From an uncultured euryarchaeote (GTDB lineage Archaea > Thermoplasmatota > Poseidoniia > Poseidoniales > Poseidoniaceae), in the NCBI GenBank assembly GCA_937899865.1, contig CALBRH010000044.1, positions 64,001 to 128,000 of the forward strand: 64,000 nt of DNA, read 5' to 3'. The notes under the pieces are model-generated. The model saw only the letters and a program-made list of their open reading frames with translations, was not told the origin of the DNA and searched no databases. Both the position numbers and the translations under genes were made by a program. Shown here piece after piece: positions 1 to 8,198 of the stretch; within the stretch, counting starts at the first letter, position 1, and every line of letters begins with the position of its first letter.

Positions 1-2240
1 AGGCTAATAAGAGTATATTCGCCTGGATTTAATAAGGTAGTTTTACTACTATTTGTCGTGACAATGTTTTGATTTATGCTATCTACATCAGCTAATTCAG
101 TGATGAATAATCGGTTGCTATCGGTATCAATTCGCCACCTTAAGAGGTCAATTGGTGAAGTACCATTATTGAATACCTCTACCCAATCGTTGTAATTATT
201 GCCTAATTCATCACACCAGCCAACATATTCGGTTAATATCAAGTCGTTGGAATCAGTGTATGCAGGCCATACAGGATTTATGACTCCTGGGGTAGACCAT
301 GCAGGTTCAACCCATCCAGTGACTCCTGAAGGATTGGTAGTAGTATATCCTGCATGACTGCTTCCAGGTGCTACTAATGACACATTCTCAGAGGAATGAT
401 TCCAACTAACCATGTCAACAATTCCTGAATTTGCATCAACTAAAGTGATTATGTCACTAGTTTGTTTCAAGTAAAATGAATTAGTTCCATTCAATACAAT
501 CAAACCAGTACTTCCTGGCTGAATGATTGCATCGTTTTGAAGAGGGAAATTATAGCCTCCTAAAGTGAAACTCCTACTGTTAGATGCTTTTAATTTCCAT
601 CCAGTCAAGTCGACAGGAGATGTATCATTATTGTACAACTCAATCCATTCGCCAAGTGGCCAAGATTGGGTATCTGAACCTTCGCCATCTGGTAATATTT
701 CTGTGAATATAATATCAACAGCAACATATGGTTCACTACCAGGTTCAGGTTCACCTGGAGTCATCCAATTTGATGGGATCCAAGCAGCACCCATATTTTC
801 GTAATCTCTTACCATTGATACATTATCGCCAAAGAAATTACTATGCCATGCAGCATCAACAATATTACCAGAATTATCCTTCAAAACTAAGTGCTCATAA
901 TAGTCATATAAATCAAAACTATTTGACATGCCAACCAAGCGTCTTTCACCTGGGTTTACTTCTGTCACTCCTGAGTGGGTTTGGTTGAATACCATGGTTC
1001 CTGGGTCAAAGTACAATAAATCGCCTTTGCCATTAGTTACACTCCACCCCGAAACATCCACCATGCTGGTTCCGTTATTGACAATTTCAATCCATTTTCC
1101 ATCAGGGAAGTTTCCTGAGGTATTGGTAGATGGTAAATATTCAGTGATGAAAATATCTCCTATCTTGGTTGGTAAGTTTTCCATAGTATCGAGATTTGTC
1201 ATATTGATAGTTGGGTGGGCTGAGATATACATTGCATCACTGCCCGAAACCCTAGATAGTGAGAATCCTGGCTCATTTGTAGTCCAATTTACTTCGTCAC
1301 CAATAGAAGCATTTGGCCAGTGTACACGTAATTTCTCAATTGCGTTATTCAACACACCACTGCTTGTAGAGCCATTTATCGCTACTATTCTTGTATCTCC
1401 TGCATTAATCATTAATGAATTAGGGTCGCTTGAATAACCGATTAGGTGATCTTGATCAAACTCAATGATATTACCCGCCGCATCAGATGCATACCAGCCA
1501 GTCATATCGATATTAGTTGAGCCTTGATTGTATACCTCTATCCATTCCCCACCAGGATATGTAGCATTATCATAACTTGGTGAAGCATCAGCCATTACCT
1601 CATTGATGACAATGTCTCCAGCAAAATATTCTGGCCCAACAGGGGTGCCTCCTTGATTGGCCTCTCCAGGGGAAAGAGTTCCGGATTCTACCCAATCTGC
1701 AGCAGGATCACTGGAATCTTCGATTAGTGAGATTCCCTCGGAAGGTGATGAGGTCCAAGTAATAGAATGAACTAGAGTGCCAGTCGGATCTTTTAGATTC
1801 ACCATTCCATTAGAATTTTTCAAACAAAAGCCACATGAACCGCCATCGCCATTTCTTGCCATGACGATATAATCTCCAGCAGCAAGGTCAAGGTTTTGTG
1901 TATTTGTTGGATAGACAACGTGACTGGTGGTCATACTGAGTGGTCTGTTGTAATGATCATCTAAAGTCCAAGTTGAAAGGTCAATCGTAGAAGTTCCAGA
2001 GTTATGTAGTTCAACCCATTCACCACTTGTCCAGTCTGAAGGCCCAACAGCACCCGTTTCTGAGCCAAAGGCATTAACCAAGACTTCAGAAATACAAATA
2101 TCCCCAATACATGCAGATGAGCGACTTGATGTTTCTGAGGCTTCTTGAGTATCCTGCAATGTTTCGTTATCGAGTAAAGGTGCTAAGTAAGAACATAGCA
2201 TAATAGTAATCAAAATTATTGGGTATCTTTTGTCTAGCAT
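1..2240 (-). CDS. Secreted multi-lamin-tail-domain (LTD) protein, at least 5 LTDs; 3' end runs off the left edge of the window (partial)
   Basis: Absent from the ORF track; translated by hand. ATG at 2240 (GGAGAGG upstream) gives MLDKRYPIILITIMLCSYLAPLL, a signal-like N-terminus, and stays open to base 1. Five LTD signatures: ISEVLVN..GEWVELHNSGTSTIDLSTWTL, INEVMAD..GEWIEVYNQGSTNIDMTGWYA, ITEYLP..GKWIEIVNNGTSMVDVSGWSV, FTEILPD..GEWIELYNNDTSPVDLTGWKL, LTEYVG..DWVEVFNNGTSPIDLLRWRI. Confidence 0.88.
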   Translation of the reverse strand, partial: MLDKRYPIILITIMLCSYLAPLLDNETLQDTQEASETSSRSSACIGDICISEVLVNAFGSETGAVGPSDWTSGEWVELHNSGTSTIDLSTWTLDDHYNRPLSMTTSHVVYPTNTQNLDLAAGDYIVMARNGDGGSCGFCLKNSNGMVNLKDPTGTLVHSITWTSSPSEGISLIEDSSDPAADWVESGTLSPGEANQGGTPVGPEYFAGDIVINEVMADASPSYDNATYPGGEWIEVYNQGSTNIDMTGWYASDAAGNIIEFDQDHLIGYSSDPNSLMINAGDTRIVAINGSTSSGVLNNAIEKLRVHWPNASIGDEVNWTTNEPGFSLSRVSGSDAMYISAHPTINMTNLDTMENLPTKIGDIFITEYLPSTNTSGNFPDGKWIEIVNNGTSMVDVSGWSVTNGKGDLLYFDPGTMVFNQTHSGVTEVNPGERRLVGMSNSFDLYDYYEHLVLKDNSGNIVDAAWHSNFFGDNVSMVRDYENMGAAWIPSNWMTPGEPEPGSEPYVAVDIIFTEILPDGEGSDTQSWPLGEWIELYNNDTSPVDLTGWKLKASNSRSFTLGGYNFPLQNDAIIQPGSTGLIVLNGTNSFYLKQTSDIITLVDANSGIVDMVSWNHSSENVSLVAPGSSHAGYTTTNPSGVTGWVEPAWSTPGVINPVWPAYTDSNDLILTEYVGWCDELGNNYNDWVEVFNNGTSPIDLLRWRIDTDSNRLFITELADVDSINQNIVTTNSSKTTLLNPGEYTLIS

Positions 2241-2292
2241 TCTATCCTCTCCATGTGTCTCGGGTATTGTTTGTCATATCTTACTTTTGATT

Positions 2293-3795
2293 TCACAAGA
2301 AGCCAAAGGCATCTTGAGCTTGTGAGAATGTGTAAATCATAATTGGCACAATGATAATTCCCATACCGTGACTCCTTCTAATTCCGACTCTTGGTGGAAT
2401 TAGACCAAGTATTGTACCGATTATCAGTACTCCAATGCCAATGAATCCAGTAGTAAACCAGACCAATGCACTGACGAAAATGATTACCCCCATGACCATT
2501 TGTTGTAGTGGTATTGCTGCGTGTAATTTTAGCATACCTTTCCCAACAACACGCATAATTGGCATGGCCATCAAACCTGCAGCAACGGTAATGGAAATCA
2601 ATCTAATGAAGTCCGCAGTTGGTTCTGTTGATGACCAAGTATCGATTGGATACATCATTTTCAAGGCAAGCGTTGCACCGGAACGAGATCTACCAATAAT
2701 ATACAAGAATCCCAATACCATTACAGTAACAGCAGTATTTACTGCAGATAAGATTGCAATAACTTCCAAATCTTGTTTGGTTTGTGGACCCTCTACTCCT
2801 CCTTCAGCCTCTGAAAGCGCAATTTCTAACAGTTCATCATCGGTTAATTCAGTTAACCTCCTGGTTTCCCAATCCATTCCATAACCCTCTTTGCCTTGCA
2901 CCTTTGCTGCAACATTTCTTCCACCCATTACAAGTACAGTTGCTTGAGATGCAGTCATTCCAGGTAATACTCCCATGGATGCTCCGGCAACACCAGACCA
3001 GAAACATGGGACGATTAACGGCTTAGCAGGAGGTAAAGTCCAGTCTTCGTTTTGTGGCGGTATATGTGAAGTTGTAGCATAAATATCCAAAAGGTTAGCT
3101 ATACCGAATAGACCAGCAAGGCTCGGTAGTAAGAGACTAGCATCTGGAATTCCTACCGGCGACCTTGCAGGTAGGCTAAATACAGCCCAACCATAGAAAC
3201 CAGATAATAAAAAGAATCCAGTTGCTGCAAGGAATCCAGCAAATCGACTATCAGTAGCCAACTTATTCATTGAAAGTTTTTGCATCCACTTTGGCCAATC
3301 CAATCTCGTTGTTTCAGTTGCAAGTAGTAAGAAAGAGATACCAAGTAATAAAAAGAAAATTATGTTTCTCAAGTAATCATACCATCCCAATTCATCACCA
3401 AAAGCAATTCTTGCAACTATTATTAGTGGTAGGGAAAGGAATAATCCGAGTTGTGAACCTCTTGCTGACCAAGCCACTCCACGTGGTGCATTACCTGATA
3501 GTAACATTCTGTGACCTGGCAATAATGAAAGCGCAGTATCCCCATCTGGAGCACCTAACAAAGCAGATGGAATATAATTGAGAAAAGTATGCACAGTGCC
3601 GGTTGAAACAATAATTGCAGCAACAGCAGATAATGGAATCCCCCAACTTAGGAATACAGGCGATAACGCTAGAAGAATTAAAGCAACATTATTGACGTGG
3701 AAACCAGGAATTAGCCCAGTTAATGAGCCCATTGCTACGCCAAAGAATAAGGCGAACAACAACCATCCAAGGTCAATAAAGTATGCTTCAAACAT
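2293..3795 (-). CDS. Archaeal TctA-family (tripartite tricarboxylate transporter large subunit-like, DUF112) multi-pass membrane protein
   Basis: 500 aa, very hydrophobic. N-terminal G-x-x-TGLIPGFHVNN, HTFLNYIPSALLGAP, ALSLLPGHRMLLSG, GASMGVLPGMTASQA and C-terminal GLIPPRVGIRRSHGMG match the archaeal TctA-like family. Confidence 0.85.
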   Translation of the reverse strand: MFEAYFIDLGWLLFALFFGVAMGSLTGLIPGFHVNNVALILLALSPVFLSWGIPLSAVAAIIVSTGTVHTFLNYIPSALLGAPDGDTALSLLPGHRMLLSGNAPRGVAWSARGSQLGLFLSLPLIIVARIAFGDELGWYDYLRNIIFFLLLGISFLLLATETTRLDWPKWMQKLSMNKLATDSRFAGFLAATGFFLLSGFYGWAVFSLPARSPVGIPDASLLLPSLAGLFGIANLLDIYATTSHIPPQNEDWTLPPAKPLIVPCFWSGVAGASMGVLPGMTASQATVLVMGGRNVAAKVQGKEGYGMDWETRRLTELTDDELLEIALSEAEGGVEGPQTKQDLEVIAILSAVNTAVTVMVLGFLYIIGRSRSGATLALKMMYPIDTWSSTEPTADFIRLISITVAAGLMAMPIMRVVGKGMLKLHAAIPLQQMVMGVIIFVSALVWFTTGFIGIGVLIIGTILGLIPPRVGIRRSHGMGIIIVPIMIYTFSQAQDAFGFL

Positions 3796-3804
3796 GGTTA
3801 TTCC

Positions 3805-5565
3805 TCAGTAGTCGGGATATGTGTCGTTGTCATCTCTGTCGTTTTCACCATCACCATCAGTATCAGGATTGTATGGATTTGTCCCATACAATGATTCTAA
3901 GTTGTCAGATAATCCATCGCCATCGGTATCGATGACATCTGCATTGATTAGATGATATACAGTTGCTACAAGTTCAGGGTCTGCAACTTCCATTAGTCTA
4001 CCGTTCCATGTATGGGAATAGCCTGAATGGACATTGTCAGTTCCAATGATGGTATTGTTATTTGGTGATAGCCTAATACTTTGATTAGTTCCATCTCTTT
4101 GTAACCACCATTCTCCATCTTCATCTTGTACAGCAATACCTGGAATATTTACCATTTGACTTCGAGAATATCCCCATTGTGATGCACCTTCATCCCAAAT
4201 CAAATTCTTAGCGTCTGGTGCTTCTCCTAATTGATAATCATGAATTAGTAGTCTGATTGCCATATTTATGTCATCCCAAGTTACCGAAACATTAGCCGTG
4301 ATTGCTTGTCCAGCTTCTATCCATTGAGTTGAAGTTTGAGCAGGGAATGTGGCGTAGATTTTTGTCTGTCCACGATAATCAATTTTGTCAACTAACCATC
4401 CACTGACATCTTGTACACTGGGCTCTATTGAATATCTAACAAATGCATTGATTGTATAATGTGTATCTGGGTCATCAATCAATCTAATAGGGTCTCCAGA
4501 TAACAATGCAAGTAAATCGATAATGTCTTCAGAATTAATCAAATTTCCAGTTGGAGTTCCTTCACTTGAATCAACACACCAACTCGCATCGGCTTCAGAC
4601 CACATAAGTCTTCCTTGAACATCTCTAAATTGATTGTGAAGTGAACTATTAGCGTGTTCATTAAGGTCAGCCTCACTTGGTTTCAAACAGATCATGATGC
4701 CTCCAGGTCCTCGTAATTGCCATTGCTCTCCAACAGTGATATAGCCTGCAATTTCAATCAAGTTACCAGATTGATAACTCCATGTTGATTCTTCGCCCCA
4801 GTTCAGCCTAATTATTTCAATTGGATGATTTCTATCAACCAGAATTTCAGGTCCTTGGACAGACATAACCCAATTCATATCACGTTGATTGTAAGAAATA
4901 GTTCCAGTAACTTGAACTTTTGATGATGATTCAATCCAACTGCCAACTTTTGACCTAATATTGAGTTTGATTTGATGCTCTGCATTACCATAGGATGGAT
5001 GATCTCGCAAATCAGCAGAAACAAACATTTCATCAGGTGGAATTGATTCACCGATGTATCCAGTTAATGTGATAATTTCGTCAACATACTTTTCTGGGTC
5101 TAATGCTACATCGAGGATTGCTAATTGGACAATGTCTGGCAAATCCTCTTCATCCCATTCCATCGCTCCTGAGCCAATTGCAGTCATGTAGATATTTCCT
5201 TCAAATTCCATTACTTTACCTGTGATTACAACATTAGTCCCGATTGGTGGTATTTCTGCTGGCCGACTCCATCTTGCTTCAACAACAGCAGTTCCATCGC
5301 TGACAATTACGTGAGTTTCCCAGTCACCGGAATTCCATGGGTCTTCACGCCAAGAGATTATCTCTCCTTCAACTTTAACAACTTCATTTTTGTATTCAAT
5401 CAAATCTTCCATTTCGACGATATCAGGTTCCCTAACCATGGCATAATAATTTAGCACTGCGACCAAGAAAATAGCTAGAGTAAACATGACCCAAAGCTGT
5501 TGACCCCTTGTTGCTGGGTCGTCATCTGTAATTTTGTTCATAATGCTCTTTAGCACATCCGCCAT
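3805..5565 (-). CDS. Membrane-anchored extracellular multi-OB-fold protein with C-terminal DxDxDG Ca-binding repeats
   Basis: One N-terminal TM (LWVMFTLAIFLVAVLNYYAM). First domain VVKVEGEII..VIVSDGTAVVEARW..IGTNVVITGKVMEFEGNIYM has an OB-fold (tRNA_anti-like) pattern, and further segments are similar. Ends DTDGDGLSDNLESLYGTNPYNPDTDGDGEND. Confidence 0.7.
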   Translation of the reverse strand: MADVLKSIMNKITDDDPATRGQQLWVMFTLAIFLVAVLNYYAMVREPDIVEMEDLIEYKNEVVKVEGEIISWREDPWNSGDWETHVIVSDGTAVVEARWSRPAEIPPIGTNVVITGKVMEFEGNIYMTAIGSGAMEWDEEDLPDIVQLAILDVALDPEKYVDEIITLTGYIGESIPPDEMFVSADLRDHPSYGNAEHQIKLNIRSKVGSWIESSSKVQVTGTISYNQRDMNWVMSVQGPEILVDRNHPIEIIRLNWGEESTWSYQSGNLIEIAGYITVGEQWQLRGPGGIMICLKPSEADLNEHANSSLHNQFRDVQGRLMWSEADASWCVDSSEGTPTGNLINSEDIIDLLALLSGDPIRLIDDPDTHYTINAFVRYSIEPSVQDVSGWLVDKIDYRGQTKIYATFPAQTSTQWIEAGQAITANVSVTWDDINMAIRLLIHDYQLGEAPDAKNLIWDEGASQWGYSRSQMVNIPGIAVQDEDGEWWLQRDGTNQSIRLSPNNNTIIGTDNVHSGYSHTWNGRLMEVADPELVATVYHLINADVIDTDGDGLSDNLESLYGTNPYNPDTDGDGENDRDDNDTYPDY

Positions 5566-5576
5566 GATTATTGGTG

Positions 5577-5615
5577 TTCAAACAGTCATTTAGTCATGTT
5601 TGAAGGATTAGTCAT
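5577..5615. promoter_or_regulatory. Candidate operator in a divergent promoter: TTCAAACA-N12-TGTTTGAA inverted repeat plus three AGTCAT copies
   Basis: TTCAAACA 5577-5584 and TGTTTGAA 5597-5604 are perfect reverse complements. AGTCAT occurs at 5584, 5592 and 5610. The site lies in the 100-bp gap between divergent genes. Confidence 0.45.
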
Positions 5616-5628
5616 ATCTTGCGCGGCC

Positions 5629-5636
5629 TTTTTAAA
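5629..5636 (+). promoter_or_regulatory. Putative TATA box for the HD-domain gene (leaderless transcript)
   Basis: TTTTTAAA about 30 nt upstream of ATG 5666, a typical archaeal spacing. Confidence 0.4.
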
Positions 5637-5665
5637 CATTAAATCGAGGGAGTATCGGGGATGGA

Positions 5666-6961
5666 ATGAGAGAGAGGGTGATTCGCGACGAGATTCACAA
5701 GGATATTCTTGTGCCTTTCCAACATGCTAGAATCATAGATACTAAGGAATTCCAAAGGCTTCGCTCAATTCAGCAATTATCTACTTGCGAATATGTTTTT
5801 CCTGCTGCTAATCACAATAGATTTTCTCACTCCTTAGGAGCATATCATCTGGCGTGTAAACTGACTCAACTAATTCAAGAAGTACAGCCAGGAATAATCG
5901 ATGACGACGATGCAGAATTAGTCCAACTTGCTGCATTGTTGCACGATATTGGCCATCCACCATATTCTCATTTATTGGAGACTCCAAAAGTGTTTGCAAC
6001 TTTCCATTCTCATGAGCATTGGGGCAGATTACTTCTTGAATCGGAGGAAACAGAAATTGGTAGAGTCGTTAAGGATATATTGGGAAGTAAACGTCTTGGG
6101 CGTTTATTTGCAATAATGGATGGAGATTCAGATTATGATGGTGCAGCAATACCTCCTTTCATGAAAGAAATAGTCTCTTCACAACTTGATGTAGACCGTA
6201 TGGATTATCTGGTTAGGGACCAAGCAAATACTGGTGCACAGATTGGTGGATTTGATATTGACCGAGTATTTAGGGCACTTCGAATTGGCGATGGTGGTCA
6301 TTTTCATGTTAAGGCTTGGGGGCTTCCAGCGGTTGAAGCATATTTGGTTACTAGATATCACATGTATAACCAAGTCTATTTCCATAAGGTAAATATGCTC
6401 ACACAAAATTACTTGATCAAAATGTTGTCAAGAGCGAAAGTACTTGCTCAAGAGGGCGATTTGCTGCTTGATGACAAATTAGAACATATGTTGCTTAATG
6501 AATCACTAAGTCCTTCCCAATATGCAGAATTAAATGATTCACACATTAAGGTAGTACTTGATGACTGGTCTAAGCATGATGATGAATTACTTTCGCTATA
6601 TGCTGGAAAATTACTTTCCCGAAGAGATTTTCACAAATCCCTTAGAATTGATACTCTTGACATAAATATGGTTGATTTAGTTAAGGAGAGACTTGAGAAA
6701 TTTATTCGAGACAAAGGCTATGATCCTGAAATTCATGTATTGTATGCTCGTATTTCCAAACGTGGTTACATGCCCTATAAGCAAGGAATTATGTTGGAAG
6801 ACGGTAGAGATGCATCAGAGCATTCAGCAATGATTCGTTCACTTTCATTACCTAATGAAAGAGCCATGGTATTCGTTCCTGAAGCAGTACGCGATGAAGC
6901 GGAATTAGCGGTTAGAGAATGGATTAAGCCAAGCCAGTCATCGCTTTCACAATTTGGTTAG
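5666..6961 (+). CDS. HD-domain phosphohydrolase, SAMHD1/YwfO-like dNTP triphosphohydrolase family
   Basis: IRDEIH, FQRLRSIQQL, HNRFSHSLG, AALLHDIGHPPYSH, SQLDVDRMDYLVRD and RYHMYNQVYFHK are the motif set of this family. Confidence 0.9.
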   Translation: MRERVIRDEIHKDILVPFQHARIIDTKEFQRLRSIQQLSTCEYVFPAANHNRFSHSLGAYHLACKLTQLIQEVQPGIIDDDDAELVQLAALLHDIGHPPYSHLLETPKVFATFHSHEHWGRLLLESEETEIGRVVKDILGSKRLGRLFAIMDGDSDYDGAAIPPFMKEIVSSQLDVDRMDYLVRDQANTGAQIGGFDIDRVFRALRIGDGGHFHVKAWGLPAVEAYLVTRYHMYNQVYFHKVNMLTQNYLIKMLSRAKVLAQEGDLLLDDKLEHMLLNESLSPSQYAELNDSHIKVVLDDWSKHDDELLSLYAGKLLSRRDFHKSLRIDTLDINMVDLVKERLEKFIRDKGYDPEIHVLYARISKRGYMPYKQGIMLEDGRDASEHSAMIRSLSLPNERAMVFVPEAVRDEAELAVREWIKPSQSSLSQFG

Positions 6962-7001
6962 TTGGAACATTTTATGACTGAGCGGCATGACGGGCGGCTA
7001 A

Positions 7002-7078
7002 GGGCCTGTAGCTTAGTTGGTTAGAGCACCCGGCTCATAACCGGGCGGTCAAGGGTTCAAATCCCTTCGGGCCCACCA
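7002..7078 (+). tRNA. tRNA with CAT anticodon, most likely tRNA-Ile2 (agmatidine-modified); CCA encoded; no intron
   Basis: Cloverleaf: acceptor GGGCCTG/CGGGCCC, anticodon arm CCCGG-CTCATAA-CCGGG, T arm AAGGG-TTCAAAT-CCCTT, discriminator A then CCA. It has G1-C72 and lacks the initiator A1-U72 pair and three anticodon-stem G-C pairs. The GGGCC acceptor resembles archaeal Ile2 tRNAs; elongator Met is not fully excluded. Confidence 0.92.
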
Positions 7079-7167
7079 AATTGAATCTTTATTTTGTCAG
7101 AATTATTGGCCATATTCCCACAATGGTTATGAGTGTCACACAACTGGGAGTGATAATAGGTGAGACT

Positions 7168-8103
7168 GTGTCAACTGTAAAGCGCGCTTCATTTCTCTTG
7201 ACTTTGTATATATTTTCGATGCTAGCGGTAGCGGCTCCTGCTGCTGCTCAAAACCCAACTCCAACTGCGGCTATTTCCGTTACTTGTGCCCCTTCTAACA
7301 TCAATGTAGAAGTAAAACCAGGTTCAACATACTCAGGTTTTACAACATGTACTGCTACCAATCCAACTGCTTACCAAGAAAAGGTTAGTATCAACGTACA
7401 AGCCGATGGTTTGGCAACTGCAGCACCAGGTGACATGTATGTAGGTGCTGGCGATTCAGTGGATTTCCAAGTATCTGTTAGAGCAACACCTTACATGAGG
7501 ATGGATGCAAGAACCCTTTCAGTTTCAGCTACAGTGCAAGAAATTAATGGTTTCCCACCAGCAAACTCAGCATCTTCTAACAACAACATGATTGTTAACA
7601 TCATGCAATATTCACTTGTCCAAGTTGAAGCAACTGAGCCATTCGTTCAATTGATGCCAAAGACTGACAAAATATTTGAGTTCAAAGTTTACAATCTCGG
7701 CAACCAAATAGATTTCATGAAGGTTGGTGTAACTGATACCTATCGTAAGACACTAGAAGAAACTGGTTTCACAATTACTCTTCCTGCTGTTAAGAAGCAA
7801 GTAGATGCAACACCAACTCCAGCAAGCGTTGAGGTGAAGGTTAGAACACCTAAGACTCAAGGATGGAGCGATGCTTACCACGTACTCGATTTCTATGCTG
7901 AGTCTGAGTTTGCTTGTAACAACGGCGGCTGTATCACAGAATCACAGATGATTACTATTTACGTTAGAGGTATTTATCTGCCAGGTTTTGAAATTATTCC
8001 AGCTCTTTCAATGATCGCTCTTGCAGCAGCAGTTGCCGGTCGCAGATTTATCAACATTGATGATGAAGAAGATGAATGGCGCGAATCAGCACCAGGTCTG
8101 TGA
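7168..8103 (+). CDS. Secreted Ig-like surface protein with PGF-CTERM archaeosortase signal (resembles choice-of-anchor T family)
   Basis: Likely start GTG 7168 after GGTGA (track start 7081 is 3 nt behind the tRNA). Signal peptide KRASFLLTLYIFSMLAVAAPAAA, beta-rich body, C-terminal LPGFEIIPALSMIALAAAVAGRR. Confidence 0.8.
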   Translation: MSTVKRASFLLTLYIFSMLAVAAPAAAQNPTPTAAISVTCAPSNINVEVKPGSTYSGFTTCTATNPTAYQEKVSINVQADGLATAAPGDMYVGAGDSVDFQVSVRATPYMRMDARTLSVSATVQEINGFPPANSASSNNNMIVNIMQYSLVQVEATEPFVQLMPKTDKIFEFKVYNLGNQIDFMKVGVTDTYRKTLEETGFTITLPAVKKQVDATPTPASVEVKVRTPKTQGWSDAYHVLDFYAESEFACNNGGCITESQMITIYVRGIYLPGFEIIPALSMIALAAAVAGRRFINIDDEEDEWRESAPGL

Positions 8104-8123
8104 ATAATTAGACATAGCCTTCA

Positions 8124-8154
8124 AAACGCATCCTTTCGATGCTTGTATGCGTTT
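8124..8154. terminator. Intergenic inverted repeat, possible terminator or processing hairpin
   Basis: AAACGCAT 8124-8131 pairs with ATGCGTTT 8147-8154, with an alternative internal GCATC/GATGC stem, 20 nt after stop 8103. Confidence 0.3.
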
Positions 8155-8198
8155 AATTCATAACTTGTACTTGTAGTCCACGAGTTTGGGGAAGACCT

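Noticed and set aside
565-1437. Plus-strand ORFs 565..804, 728..988 and 928..1437
   Set aside because: They are antisense shadows of the minus-strand LTD gene, which has clear repeated domain motifs.
5666-6961. Cas3/Cas10 HD nuclease or dGTPase defence island
   Set aside because: The motifs fit the SAMHD1/YwfO family, and there are no cas or other defence genes nearby.
7002-7078. tRNA as an integration site for an island or provirus
   Set aside because: I found no repeat of the tRNA 3' end elsewhere in the window and no integrase or viral genes.
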